64,000 bases of DNA, taken from assembly GCA_965205425.1 (NCBI GenBank), contig CBDBGZ010000009.1, positions 544,001 to 608,000 of the forward strand, given 5' to 3'. This stretch comes from Nitrosopumilus sp. (GTDB lineage: Archaea > Thermoproteota > Nitrososphaeria > Nitrososphaerales > Nitrosopumilaceae). Below the pieces are notes generated by a model. The model was given only the letters and a program-made list of their open reading frames with translations, did not search any database and had not been told where the DNA came from. Shown here piece after piece: positions 41,586 through 51,344 of this stretch. Numbering within the stretch: position 1 is the stretch's first letter; each line of letters begins with the position of its first letter. Made by a program: the position numbers and the translations under genes.

Positions 41586-42038
41586 CTAAGAATATACTTT
41601 TAGTTGTGGGTTTTCAACAATTAGTTCTTTAAGAATTTCTGTTGATAGTCTATCAAGTTTTTGCATTCCTTGTTTAGAAACTATACGGCCTTTCTTCTCA
41701 ACTTTTTCTAAATAGCCAAGTTTTTCTAGTCCTTGAATTGCATTTCTAATAATTGCACCACTAGCATCTTTATGATGTGCAGCGCCATATCCAGAAGGTT
41801 TACCACCGCCATAATCATTTCTTAAAGCATTAATTCCAATTGGACCATTAAGGTAAATTTTTCTCAAAATTGAAGCACATCTTGTATGCCACCATTCTCT
41901 ATTTTGTGGAGGTTTATCTGCATGAGCTCCAGTTTTAACAAATGGAGTCCATGAAGGTGCAGGAATATCTTCATTCTTTAATGCTGAAGATAGTCTTTCT
42001 ATCAATACATCTGCGGGTACATCGTATACCTTTGCCAT
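41586..42038 (-). CDS. rps19e: 30S ribosomal protein S19e
   Basis: VYDVPA, FVKTG, WW.TR.ASILRKIY and GR..S..G...LD motifs. Confidence 0.97.
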   Translation of the reverse strand: MAKVYDVPADVLIERLSSALKNEDIPAPSWTPFVKTGAHADKPPQNREWWHTRCASILRKIYLNGPIGINALRNDYGGGKPSGYGAAHHKDASGAIIRNAIQGLEKLGYLEKVEKKGRIVSKQGMQKLDRLSTEILKELIVENPQLKVYS

Positions 42039-42069
42039 AGAGTGAAAAACTCGATAATCGTCTTATAAA

Positions 42070-42372
42070 TCATTGAGATATAATTTTACGATAAGTATGC
42101 CCACACAAGTTACAAGAAATTCTGATCGACTTGACTGACGCCCTACCTAAACGAATTCTAGAATTTATTCCAGGTGCAATAAAGGATTTACATTTTTTAC
42201 AGAAAACCATTCTAAGATAATATGGCATTCTAATTTTATGTCTGGTGCTAATTCTTCTAGCAATAGATGCTTGCCTCTGAGAAAGTTCAGGATTTATCCT
42301 TGCATTACTAATTGCATTTTCGATAAGAATTTCCATTCTCTCCATTGCAATTTTTTTTGTTCCAAGTTTCAC
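42070..42372 (-). CDS. rnp4: RNase P protein component Rpp21
   Basis: IA.ERM..L, FCKKC...PG and C.LCG..YR motifs; GTG 42372 avoids overlap with the tRNA. Confidence 0.9.
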   Translation of the reverse strand: MKLGTKKIAMERMEILIENAISNARINPELSQRQASIARRISTRHKIRMPYYLRMVFCKKCKSFIAPGINSRIRLGRASVKSIRISCNLCGHTYRKIISQ

Positions 42373-42423
42373 AATGGTATCTAAAAGTAGACCTAAAAAT
42401 TGGTTCTTATAAGAATTGAAAAA

Positions 42424-42497
42424 TGCAGTCAGCGGGATTCGAACCCGCGTCACAGGGTTGGAAACCCCGAATACTAACCAGGCTATACTATGACTGC
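42424..42497 (-). tRNA. tRNA-Gly(TCC), intronless, CCA not encoded
   Basis: Acceptor stem GCAGTCA/TGACTGC, anticodon arm CGGGG-TTTCCAA-CCCTG, T loop GGTTCGAATCC. Confidence 0.97.
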
Positions 42498-42716
42498 AAT
42501 AGAATGCAAATTTTATTTCCTACATAAAAATTTTGTACTGTTACAGAAAATTCAAATTCATCTAGATAATATTGTTGTATAAAATTGATATAATAATTTG
42601 ATAATTGTATCACGTATTTATTAGATTCCTAGATTGTATTAAGTCTTTTTTCTAGTCTTGTTTGTATTACAATATTTTTTCTTCTATTCATACAAAACAA
42701 TCACCAACGAAAATAA

Positions 42717-42875
42717 ACTCCAACAATTATTTTTTCCAAAATATTTCCAATAAACCTAACCAATGCGTTGGAGTTTGTTGGAGTGATTTTCTATGCCTAC
42801 AAAATCTGTATTTCTATGCCTAGAAGTCCAAGTTAGTAATGTTTCAACGAATGACAATAAAGTTGGAACTCCAAC
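42717..42875. repeat. Cluster of short repeats near the left end of the element
   Basis: ACTCCAAC at 42717 and 42868 (+) and at 42767 and 42777 (-); TTTCTATGCCTA at 42788 and 42811. Confidence 0.75.
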
Positions 42876-43016
42876 AAAATTCAGTTTTTTATTAGTGATG
42901 ATGTTAAAAATGATTTATTCTTCATTGTAATTCCAAATAATATTTCATACAAAATAAAACAAATGTATTTTTTCCAATGCTATCTAAATATTCGAGTTGT
43001 AAATTATTTATTGATT

Positions 43017-43685
43017 TTATGTATCTGTTTGTAAGATTTGTTTTTGTATTGTGTCTTGTTTTTCTTTCTCTTTTTCTCTCCTTTTCATATCTCGTTTCTT
43101 CATAATATTTTTTATCGTTACACCAAGCATACCTGCTCCTCCAAATATTTTTTTGATTTTTGGATCATTGATTTTATCACCCAATAACAGCTTCAAAGAA
43201 GCAACAAGATCTTTTTCTTCACTTTCTGTCAATTCTTCATTGTCTGGAAACATTATAGATATTAACGAATTTACAACTCTTGCTATGCTGGAATAATCTT
43301 CTTCATTTGTACTAGTTTCTGATAGTTTGATGGTTTTAGGTATGGTTACAATAGAACCAGATGTATTTTCAGATGGCTCACAAACTAGTTTAGATGATTT
43401 ATCGTTTATTGTTACTGGCTTTGTGTCCACTTTGATATCTAATGTATTACTGTATCTTTTTGCCTGTCTTTGTGGAAAAAATTCATTCATATCCATGCCA
43501 TCTTTTTTGACTAGTTTTTTTAGTTCTCGATTGAAGATTGAAGCCACACTAGCACGATTTTTTTCTTGTTCCTGTGCTATTTTCTCAATATGATTAGCTT
43601 TTTCTCTAGGATTTACAAGATGGTTTAGATCATCAATATTTGATAAATAATCTCGGATTATATCAGTTAGAGATTCATTTTTCAT
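43017..43685 (-). CDS. Hypothetical protein (element cargo)
   Basis: 222-aa ORF with no recognised motif. Confidence 0.7.
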   Translation of the reverse strand: MKNESLTDIIRDYLSNIDDLNHLVNPREKANHIEKIAQEQEKNRASVASIFNRELKKLVKKDGMDMNEFFPQRQAKRYSNTLDIKVDTKPVTINDKSSKLVCEPSENTSGSIVTIPKTIKLSETSTNEEDYSSIARVVNSLISIMFPDNEELTESEEKDLVASLKLLLGDKINDPKIKKIFGGAGMLGVTIKNIMKKRDMKRREKEKEKQDTIQKQILQTDT

Positions 43686-43739
43686 TTGATCTTTTCTTCT
43701 CCGTCATTTCGGCATAGTTGATTCATCATTGATATATAT

Positions 43740-43766
43740 TAGTAGACTTTTAATATATGTCTACTA
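43740..43766. promoter_or_regulatory. Putative operator between divergent genes
   Basis: Perfect 8-bp inverted repeat TAGTAGAC-N11-GTCTACTA with a TATA-like spacer TTTTAATATAT. Confidence 0.6.
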
Positions 43767-43777
43767 TTTTTTAGATA

Positions 43778-44452
43778 ATGGAACATGAATTAACAGCATT
43801 TGAGAAAAAGATATTGGATTTTCTCAAAGGTCATTATAACCAACAATTTGCCATTGGAAAACAAACAAAGACTGAAACCAAAAGACTATCCAAAGCAAAA
43901 AACGACATCATATCCAAAATGACAAGTTCTATGAATGCATTTATGATATTATCTGAGATAATTAGAATATCTAACACAACATCAGATAGAATATCTGAAA
44001 ATTCAAATAGATACATCAGGCAAAACTTTTCAAATTTACCTGATAGTATCATCAAATCTACATTGAGCTTTGATCTTGTAGGTGAAGAATATACTCTACA
44101 ACATTTTAAGAACATACAAAGAAACCTTGCACAAGATGTCTTTAGCTTGGATAAAGTACAAAATCTCCTAGATGCCATCTTTGTATTTCATCCACAGGGG
44201 ATATCTTCACAATCTATTGGAAGAGATGTTACATACAAAAACACGATAGATGTCAATGATGACCAATACAGGGATTCTCATAAAAAATACTATAGAGATT
44301 TGGCAGGGTTGTTAGTAGAATCTGGAATTAGTCAGATAAAAAAGAACCTTCATCCAGAAAAAGATAAAATGCTAATCAATAATCTAGATTTTACTGTAAA
44401 TATTATTAGAAAATTAGACTATCATGTAGAGAAAATTGAGAAAAAAAGATAG
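43778..44452 (+). CDS. Hypothetical protein (element cargo)
   Basis: 224-aa ORF with no recognised motif. Confidence 0.7.
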   Translation: MEHELTAFEKKILDFLKGHYNQQFAIGKQTKTETKRLSKAKNDIISKMTSSMNAFMILSEIIRISNTTSDRISENSNRYIRQNFSNLPDSIIKSTLSFDLVGEEYTLQHFKNIQRNLAQDVFSLDKVQNLLDAIFVFHPQGISSQSIGRDVTYKNTIDVNDDQYRDSHKKYYRDLAGLLVESGISQIKKNLHPEKDKMLINNLDFTVNIIRKLDYHVEKIEKKR

Positions 44453-44571
44453 ATCAACAATAAAATAATTCAAATGTAATATTTTATCTCATAATTAGGA
44501 TATCATAAAAATATTCAAATGAAGAATCTCACAAATCACTTCTGACATAAAAGATAATGCATGCTTGATTT

Positions 44572-45504
44572 CTATTGGATTTCATTTTTATGCATTATCT
44601 TTTTGAATTCTTCAAACATCTCATCTATAGTTGGAGTAAAATAAACTCCGTCAAGGCCATTTTTGTGTCCTAGCAGTTTTTCAGCAATATTATAATTTAT
44701 TGAATTGTCAAGCTTGAGAATAGTGTTGAATCGTTTTCTAAATCCATGATCTATTTGTACATCATAACGATTATCTTGCTTGCATTTTCTTATGTTACTT
44801 TTTGATACTGCCCTATACACAACACTTCTGCTGCCGCTCCATCCAAGCTGTTTCATAGTTTTTCCTATTGTAAAAATCGGAGCATTACTGTCAAATATTT
44901 TGTTGCTTTTTCTGCGTTGATCATGATATGTATCTAATAATCTTGATGCTTGTGGAGTGAGAAATGCCCAGTATTCTTCTATGTGTCCTGCATACAACAA
45001 TATTGCATAACAACCACATGGCATTTTTTTCATATGTCTAATAGCTAATGGATGATCAAAGACTCCTATTCTTGCTCCAGTTGATGCAAGAAAATGAATC
45101 AATGCTTTGTCTCTAATGTTTTTTGTATTGTACAGTATCTCTTTGATTTCATTTGTTGTATATGCCCTCAAGCTAGGTGTCTTTTGTTTTTGTGGAAACA
45201 TCTTGTATATTATGTTCCAATTAAGATTGATTCTATTCATCACAAAAAAATGCTTTATTCCTCTAAACTTTGATGGTATGGAATTTGGGTTTGCAGTATG
45301 TTTCAAGTATAAAATATAATTTTCCAACATAACCTGCAAATCATTTGTGGGAAATTCTAACCATTGATTCTCATCATGTATACCAGTAAATTTTTTGAAT
45401 TGATTAAGATGCGATATATAATTTTGCTTAGTATATTTTGATCGTATAGATTCCTCAAATAAGATCATGCTTCTTTGTGATATATTTTTGATCAAGTACC
45501 ACAT
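44572..45504 (-). CDS. Tyrosine recombinase (internal; candidate invertase)
   Basis: STGARIG, HGFRKRF, LLGH and GVY give a complete R-H-R-H-Y set. Confidence 0.92.
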   Translation of the reverse strand: MWYLIKNISQRSMILFEESIRSKYTKQNYISHLNQFKKFTGIHDENQWLEFPTNDLQVMLENYILYLKHTANPNSIPSKFRGIKHFFVMNRINLNWNIIYKMFPQKQKTPSLRAYTTNEIKEILYNTKNIRDKALIHFLASTGARIGVFDHPLAIRHMKKMPCGCYAILLYAGHIEEYWAFLTPQASRLLDTYHDQRRKSNKIFDSNAPIFTIGKTMKQLGWSGSRSVVYRAVSKSNIRKCKQDNRYDVQIDHGFRKRFNTILKLDNSINYNIAEKLLGHKNGLDGVYFTPTIDEMFEEFKKIMHKNEIQ

Positions 45505-45552
45505 TCTGGAGGAATTTTTATTTTTGTTAATATGTTAAATTTCTTACAGGTC

Positions 45553-45790
45553 TCATGTTATCAATTTATTTTCATAATCATCAACAAACTTTTCTCTAGA
45601 TATCTCGACATCAGATAGTATTCCATGTTGAGTTCCAACTGGTAGTAATCTATTTCCAGCTGGCACAGTTGTAAACACTGTTTTGTTTCTTAATGTTGCA
45701 TGACTTCCTTTTCGTCTGGTAATGGCAAACCCTTTTCGCTGCAGATATCTTATCATTTGATTTCCAGATACCTTTTGGTATCTTTGACAT
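45553..45790 (-). pseudogene. hicA: HicA family toxin with a +1 frameshift near codon 6
   Basis: GF...RRKGSH..L, TVP and GT..GIL motifs; ATG 45790 overlaps the hicB stop (TAATG) but is 1 nt out of frame. Confidence 0.82.
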
Positions 45791-46002
45791 TATTGCTCTA
45801 TTATGAGCATGTTAAAGTCCGTTGGACTTTCACACTCTTCGGCTGCAAGATCCACTGCCTCTTTCATGTTTTCCATTATCTCTCCAAATGTATCGCCTTC
45901 TGAGTTTGCATGTAGTTCATCACATCTTCCAACAAATCCCCCGCCCTCAAGATCTTTGGTTATGATAACTGTGTATGTCTTTTTTTGTAGGGTTGTACTC
46001 AT
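45790..46002 (-). CDS. hicB: HicB family antitoxin (short form)
   Basis: Y.VII..D..GGFVG.C.EL...SEGDT..E..ENMKEAV. Confidence 0.9.
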   Translation of the reverse strand: MSTTLQKKTYTVIITKDLEGGGFVGRCDELHANSEGDTFGEIMENMKEAVDLAAEECESPTDFNMLIIEQ

Positions 46003-46352
46003 GTTATTTGTAATCTAGAAAGTGTTAAAAATATTGCTAGTCTTATGCATTTTTTTATGGTAATACATATCCTACAACAAGAATTTGGTGTTCAACTCCA
46101 AAGAAAATAGCTGAAAAAGATGATTTGTTGTTATCAGTACGTGCTCCTGTAGGTTCTACAAACTTAAGCTCTGAACAATGTTGTATAGGTAGAGGATTAG
46201 CTGCAATCAGACCTATGGATAAAAATATGAATGTAATATTTTTCTTTCATTTTTTTAGACACATTGAACATCATTTGGAAAGTTTAGGAACAGGAACTAC
46301 ATTCAAAGCAATTTCAGGTAAACAAATAAGAGAATTATCTATAACTTTACCT

Positions 46353-46625
46353 CCACTAAACGAACAAAAACGCATCGTCTCAAAAATTGAATCAATCTTC
46401 ACACAGATTGATGCAGCAAAGATACAGCTTGAGATGTTATCATCGCAGGTCAAGTCATCTTCTAGTAGCTTGAATATGTTGAAGAACAGCGTGCTAAAGC
46501 AAGCCTTTGAAGGTAAGCTTGTTCCACAGGATCCAAATGACGAATCAGCAGAAGTCTTGTTGAAGAAAATTCATGGCGATTCAAAGGAATTGAAATTTAA
46601 GAAAGAGAATCTTCCAAAAGGATGG
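46353..46625. repeat. 273-bp perfect inverted repeat, left arm (partner 52895-53167)
   Basis: Base-by-base reverse-complement match by eye. Confidence 0.95.
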
Positions 46626-47069
46626 GTAAAAACAAAGATAGAATTGATTTGTGATCTCATAGGTGGTGGCACTCCTTCAAGGAAAAATTTAGAATATTTT
46701 AAAGATGGTCAAATAATTTGGTTAACACCAACTGAAATCAATAAAGAGAAAATATTAAAAATTAATTCTTCTAAAGAAAATATTACAGAATTAGGATTAA
46801 CAAAAAGTTCCGCTAAATTAATACCTAGAAATGCAGTTTTATTAACATCTAGAGCTAGTATAGGATATGTTGCAATAGCAGAAACAACAGTTACAACAAA
46901 TCAAGGATTTGCTTCATTCATATGCTCTAAAATTATCCATAATTATTTTTTAGCTTATTGGTTAAAGAGTAATAAAAATGTCTTAGAAGAACATGCAACA
47001 GGAACAACATTTAAGGAAATTCCCAAATCTGTGATCAAAAAACTATCTATTGAAATTCCACCATTTTCT

Positions 47070-47124
47070 GAACAAAAACGCATCGTCTCAAAAATTGAAT
47101 CAATCTTTGATAAGATTGATGCAA
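47070..47124. repeat. 55-bp perfect inverted repeat, left arm (partner 52402-52456)
   Basis: GAACAAAAACGC...GATTGATGCAA matches the reverse complement of 52402-52456. Confidence 0.95.
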
Positions 47125-47349
47125 AACAAAAAGAGATTGCAATCTTAGAATCCAAATTAAAAAATATACCTGATAGCATAAATGCCATAAAAAGCAGTAT
47201 TTTGAAGCAAGCTTTTGAGGGAAAATTAGTTCCACAAGATCCAAATGATGAACCCGCATCAATTCTATTAGAAAAAATAAAATCTCAAAAATGCAGATCA
47301 TAAATATAATTACTACTGAAATAATTGATGGTAATTTTTGAATAAATAA

Positions 47350-48828
47350 TTATTTTGGAATTTCTTTAGATATGATATTCTTTACATCCTCAAACGCTTT
47401 GATTATATCTTTTCTTATACTGATGAATGAATCTATCAATTCATCTGGTGGCAGTACAATTGTTTCTGTCACATCGTTTGGATTATTGGAATCAAGATTA
47501 TAATCTTGAATATCTTTGATATTTACTTTCCATGCATTTTTATTTGTCTTTTTATTTTTAAACCATTTTTCAATCTCTGAAAAATCCTCATATGCAATTG
47601 GATTTGATTTAGTATATTTTGGATTTTTTGCACGGGTGACTCCTCTTAATCGCTCATTTACATGCATCTGATAATACCATATTTCTTTGGTAGGAGTGGT
47701 TTTATCAAAAAATAAAATATTTGTGGCAATTGTTGTATATGGTTCGAAAACGGTTCTAGGAAGTCTAATTATTGTATGCAAGTTAAATTCTTCAATTAAT
47801 TTTTTCTTGATCTTGGCAGCCATTCCTCCTGCAAACATTGGACCATCTGGAAGAATAATCCCACAACGCCCTCCATCTTTTAATGAATACATGATATACA
47901 ACAAAAATGCAAGTGCAGTGTCTGATGTTTGAAAACCAACAGGCAAATTAGATGATATTCCTTCTTCTTCTTCTCCACCAAATGGAGGATTTGTGATGAT
48001 GATATCATATTGATTGTTTACAGATATTTCTCTTAATGGTTTAGCTAGTGTATTAGTTCTGATAATGTTTGGTTTGTCAAGTTCATGTAATAATGAATTC
48101 ATCATCCCCAATAGATATGGCATTGGTTTTTTCTCAATTCCAAATAATGTCTTGGTTGTTAATTTTTTCAAGTCATGTTTTGTCTTTTGTTCATTTCTTA
48201 GAAATTCTAGAGATTCTATCAAAAATCCTCCTGTGCCACATGCAGGATCCAATATTTTTTCAGATTTTTTGAGACTTGGGTTAATTTGATTGACAATAAA
48301 TCTAATCACAGGTCTTGGTGTATAAAATTCGCCATTAGAACCAGCAGCATCTCTCATTTCTACTAACATATCTTCATAGAGTTTTGCCATTGTGTGAATA
48401 TCATCAGTATTTACAAAATTTACTTTGTCTATCAGATTTAGAATTTGTCTAAGAACATATCCACTTAATATCCTGTTGTTTAATTCTTTAAAGATTGATG
48501 CAAGTACATCTCTTTGTTCAAAACCCTCTCCTCCTACCAATTTTGCAAGTTTAGGAAATAATTCATTATTGACAAAAGAAATTAGATCAGGGCCTGTCAA
48601 AGATTTACTTTTATCTTCAGCCCAATCTCTCCATTGTAATCCTTTGGGAATTGCCTCGACATATTTTTTATTCAATGCTGTTCTTTCTTTTTCAAAATCA
48701 TCAAAACTCTTTAAAAATAAAATCCATGCAATTTGAGGGATTCTATCGACATCCGTATTAAGACCTGCATCTTTTCTCATTAGATCTCTTGCAGATTTTA
48801 TTATAGAACGAAGTGTTTGTGCATCCAT
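47350..48828 (-). CDS. hsdM: Type I R-M N6-adenine methyltransferase
   Basis: GEFYTPR, DPACGTGGF and NPPF motifs. Confidence 0.96.
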   Translation of the reverse strand: MDAQTLRSIIKSARDLMRKDAGLNTDVDRIPQIAWILFLKSFDDFEKERTALNKKYVEAIPKGLQWRDWAEDKSKSLTGPDLISFVNNELFPKLAKLVGGEGFEQRDVLASIFKELNNRILSGYVLRQILNLIDKVNFVNTDDIHTMAKLYEDMLVEMRDAAGSNGEFYTPRPVIRFIVNQINPSLKKSEKILDPACGTGGFLIESLEFLRNEQKTKHDLKKLTTKTLFGIEKKPMPYLLGMMNSLLHELDKPNIIRTNTLAKPLREISVNNQYDIIITNPPFGGEEEEGISSNLPVGFQTSDTALAFLLYIMYSLKDGGRCGIILPDGPMFAGGMAAKIKKKLIEEFNLHTIIRLPRTVFEPYTTIATNILFFDKTTPTKEIWYYQMHVNERLRGVTRAKNPKYTKSNPIAYEDFSEIEKWFKNKKTNKNAWKVNIKDIQDYNLDSNNPNDVTETIVLPPDELIDSFISIRKDIIKAFEDVKNIISKEIPK

Positions 48829-48862
48829 TAGTGATATTTCCTATATCCTCATTAAATATGAT

Positions 48863-51229
48863 TCAATTATTCAAGTACAATTCTTTTGTTAATTGTACTA
48901 TGGCATCATCATATTGATCACCATCTTTGAATCTATCATTAATAATTTCTACTGGACCTCCAAACTGTTTGAATTGTGGCAATTTCAAAATATCTCTTTC
49001 TTCTAATTCTTGATATCCATGATCAGCATAATGATCTAAAATTATCTCAAGAACTTCTCGTGCCTTATCTGGATATTTCTCCAAAAAGGGTTTTTTACGC
49101 ACAGAATTTACTCTTTCTAAACGAGTTTTTGCATCTGCATTAAATGCAAAATGAAGTAACAAATCAAATGCATCTGCTTTAAACATCTGTGTAATTTCTC
49201 TTAGATGTTCAAAATTTATTCCTCTAGTTTTTAATTTTTCGACAAAATGTTTTCGATTTTCAGGATTCGTCCAAAGTTTGTATAGTTCTGTTTGATCATC
49301 ATTAATCAAACGACGTACAGTCTCTTTTGTATAATTCTGATAAGTAATTAATCTGTTACCATCTATTGATTGATCAAATATCAATACAGATTCACCTATA
49401 ATCTTAACTTCATGTCCTTCAATATGATAAGTTTCAATATTTGTTGGATCTCTGGATGTAGAGGATATTCCTTCTTCTATCTTCCTTCTTTCTTCTTCCA
49501 TTCTCTTTTTTACTTTTTCCTTCATCCTGTCTTCTTTTTCTCTGGTAATTCTTTCTTGACCTTCATCTGTTTCAGCAGCAGGTGGACCATCCCATTCTAC
49601 ATCTTCAAATAATCGAGTTGTTTTCCTATAATCTATAATAGAAAACCACATCTTGTCCTTCGGTTCATACACACGTGTGCCACGTCCTATTATCTGTTTA
49701 AATTCGGTCATAGAGTTAATGCTTTTATCTAATGCAATTATTTTACATGTAGGTACATCTACACCAGTAGACATCAATCTAGATGTTACTGCAACAACTG
49801 GAAAATCTCTATTAGGTTCTTGAAAATGATCTAAATGTTCACGACCTATTTCTCCTTCAGCAGAGACTATTCTAACACAATAATCATGTTTTTCTCCAGA
49901 ATAATTTCTGATCAATTTAGTCATTTCAAGTGCATGTTCAGAATTCTGGCAAAATAGAATTGTTTTATTATATTTTTGATTATTTTTTTCTAAAAAGTTT
50001 ACCAGATGCATTGCAACTGCTTTTCGTCTTTCATTTACTCTTAAAATTCTGTCAAAATCTTTGTATGTATACAATCTATCTTCCAATATTTTTCCATCAA
50101 GATCTTTTTCACCTGGTTTTGGTTTGTATCCTTGTATATCAATTTCAAGATTTACTCTATGAATCATGTATGGTGCTAAAAAGCCATCCTCAATTCCTTG
50201 TTTAAGGCTGTACGTGTATACAGGTGTGCCAAAATAATCATAGGTGTCTTTGCTTTCATCATTTCGTTTAGGTGTTGCAGTCATACCTATGTGGATTGCA
50301 TTAGAAAAATGATCCAGTATCTTCCTCCAATTCCCAGATTCATTTGAGCTTCCACGATGACATTCATCTATTATAACATAATCAAAAAAATCTGTTGGAT
50401 ATTGTTTGTATAATTCACCGTTTTCTTTTTCTACATCAAGTGCTTGATATAATGCAAAATACATTCCAAATGCAGTTTGTACAACTCTTTGGATTTTATG
50501 TCTTGCTTCACCAAAATTTGCAAATGCATTATTTCTTGCTTGATCCAATAAAATAGTTCTATCTGCTAAAAATAAGATTTTTGGATGTGGTTTATCTTTA
50601 TTCCATAATTTTTGTGCAATTTGATAAGCAATGAAGGTCTTGCCTGTTCCTGTTGCAAGATTCAACAAAATTCGTTTCTTTCCTGCAAAGATTGATGTTA
50701 ATGCTGCATTGATTGCAATTTCTTGATAATATCTTGGTTCCATAGGTGACCCACCAGGATCTTTTGAGCTTCTATCTAATGGTTCCAACAGAACATTCAT
50801 TTGTTTTTCATCAAAATTCTTATGTCCGTTATATCTTTTTTGTAACTCTTCGGGTGTTGGGAATTTATCAATTGTTCTTTGTTGTTTTGTTGTAACATCA
50901 TATTCTTCAATTTTTTGTCCATTAGTTGCATATGCAAATTGTAGGTTTAGTTTTTCTGCATATATCAAAGCTTGTTGCATTCCTTCATCATGAGGTTTAT
51001 CCCATGCCTTTGCTTCGATCACTGCAATTTTAAAATCAAGTCCTAGTTTTAAAATATAATCTGCTTTATTTGGATCATTCCGTTTTCCTGTACGACCCTC
51101 TGGAATGATTTTTCCTTTATTAATATAATATTCACGAACGATTTTATCTAATTCCCATCCAGAATCTTTCAATTTTGGATCAATAAAACGCATACAAGTA
51201 GTTGATTCTGAAATCTTTTCGTTGCTCAA
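48863..51229 (-). CDS. hsdR: Type I restriction subunit R (EcoAI/type IB-like)
   Basis: ADY...IEAK nuclease; ATGTGKT, DECH, TATP and QIIGRGTR helicase motifs; 788 aa. Confidence 0.95.
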   Translation of the reverse strand: MSNEKISESTTCMRFIDPKLKDSGWELDKIVREYYINKGKIIPEGRTGKRNDPNKADYILKLGLDFKIAVIEAKAWDKPHDEGMQQALIYAEKLNLQFAYATNGQKIEEYDVTTKQQRTIDKFPTPEELQKRYNGHKNFDEKQMNVLLEPLDRSSKDPGGSPMEPRYYQEIAINAALTSIFAGKKRILLNLATGTGKTFIAYQIAQKLWNKDKPHPKILFLADRTILLDQARNNAFANFGEARHKIQRVVQTAFGMYFALYQALDVEKENGELYKQYPTDFFDYVIIDECHRGSSNESGNWRKILDHFSNAIHIGMTATPKRNDESKDTYDYFGTPVYTYSLKQGIEDGFLAPYMIHRVNLEIDIQGYKPKPGEKDLDGKILEDRLYTYKDFDRILRVNERRKAVAMHLVNFLEKNNQKYNKTILFCQNSEHALEMTKLIRNYSGEKHDYCVRIVSAEGEIGREHLDHFQEPNRDFPVVAVTSRLMSTGVDVPTCKIIALDKSINSMTEFKQIIGRGTRVYEPKDKMWFSIIDYRKTTRLFEDVEWDGPPAAETDEGQERITREKEDRMKEKVKKRMEEERRKIEEGISSTSRDPTNIETYHIEGHEVKIIGESVLIFDQSIDGNRLITYQNYTKETVRRLINDDQTELYKLWTNPENRKHFVEKLKTRGINFEHLREITQMFKADAFDLLLHFAFNADAKTRLERVNSVRKKPFLEKYPDKAREVLEIILDHYADHGYQELEERDILKLPQFKQFGGPVEIINDRFKDGDQYDDAIVQLTKELYLNN

Positions 51230-51344
51230 TTTATACTCCTAATTTTTAGATTTATGATGGTTATAAAATAAATCATTATTAATACAACATATTTGTGACA
51301 TCCTAAAAATATTTTAGATGATTTAATGAAAAATATAATATAAA

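Larger units (their letters stand above)
46059..47303 (+). pseudogene. hsdS: Type I R-M specificity cassette hsdS1: 5'-truncated TRD-B, central region, TRD-C and intact C-terminus
   Basis: Homology starts mid-TRD (GNTYPTTRIW...SVRAPVG) after an in-frame TAG at 46038; PP..EQKRIV twice; AFEGKLVPQDPNDE twice. Confidence 0.88.

Noticed and set aside
42424..42497. tRNA-Gly 3' end as the attachment site
   Set aside because: The island lies on the 5' side of the tRNA and no tRNA fragment is repeated near the integrase; the 13-bp nep1 repeat explains the boundaries.
46059..46352. TRD-B as an accessible shufflon option
   Set aside because: Its 5' part and the upstream KENLPKGW repeat are missing, so no inversion in this window restores it.
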